A stretch of 64,000 bases of DNA from Amphiscolops sp. MND2022 (Eukaryota), in contig OZ076409.1 of NCBI GenBank assembly GCA_964187785.1, positions 90,522,001-90,586,000 of the forward strand, written 5' to 3'. The notes under the pieces were generated by a model. It searched no databases. It saw only the letters and a list, made by a program, of their open reading frames with translations, and was not told the origin of the DNA. Each line of letters begins with the position of its first letter. Within the stretch, counting starts at the first letter, position 1. Below are positions 63,780 to 64,000 of this stretch, in pieces. Position numbers and translations under genes: made by a program.

Positions 63780-64000
63780 ATGAGCAAGTTTAACCTCTCA
63801 AGAAAATTTTTTGACTTTGAAGAATACGATTCTGATAACTCCGATAAATCAGTAATCTACATATCCAGTAGTGAAGATGAGTCCTCAGACTGGGAAACTG
63901 ATTGTTCGACGGACACCGAGCAACTGATAGCCCGGATTGAAAGAGAAGTTACTTCACTTCCAGCCCAGTGCTAATCGTTGGCAGGATAATGACCATGGAT
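63780..64000 (+). pseudogene. 5' part of ORF3 of element B
   Basis: MSKFNLSRKFFDFEE...SVIYISSSEDE...TDTEQLIARIEREV matches the ORF3 N-terminus of element A; apparently frameshifted near 63955. Confidence 0.75.

Larger units (their letters stand above)
50195..64000 (+). mobile_element. Family B long-LTR Ty3/gypsy element (relative of A), decayed, runs off the window
   Basis: 5' LTR 50195-52060 (TGTCGCAGGC...GCTTACGACA), PBS TGGTGACAGG at 52061, gag, pol, antisense gene and start of ORF3 in the same order as element A. Confidence 0.93.

Overview
AT-rich, transposon-dense eukaryotic (animal-type) genomic DNA. The only host gene I can support is a rhodopsin-like 7TM GPCR. It appears to be split into a 43-codon first coding exon (14338-14466) and a main exon (44311-45282), separated by a ~29.8 kb intron filled with mobile elements. 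The mobile DNA comprises a decayed Mag-type Ty3/gypsy element (8008-13911), a deleted Tc1 element, several Helentron-type non-autonomous elements, two tRNA-derived SINEs, a 2.36 kb solo LTR and three related long-LTR Ty3/gypsy families: A (17605-33613, complete and young), B (50195 to beyond the window end, decayed) and C (17533-41850, rearranged, with A nested in it). The standout observation is that these long-LTR elements are built like complex retroviruses. (1) Between pol and the 3' LTR they carry an antisense five-exon gene for a ~1,290 aa BED-zinc-finger, hAT-transposase-like protein that seems catalytically degenerate; its four GT-AG introns and internal exon sizes (486/135/82 bp) are conserved between A and B, and a diverged homologue with a shared splice donor is present in C. 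(2) A divergently oriented sense accessory ORF with a SUMO-interacting-like motif ends inside the 3' LTR. (3) gag starts inside the LTR and reads through the LTR end and PBS. (4) A conserved polypurine tract lies at the midpoint of element A, while none is visible next to its 3' LTR. All protein-family assignments are from motif reading by eye; no database search was run.
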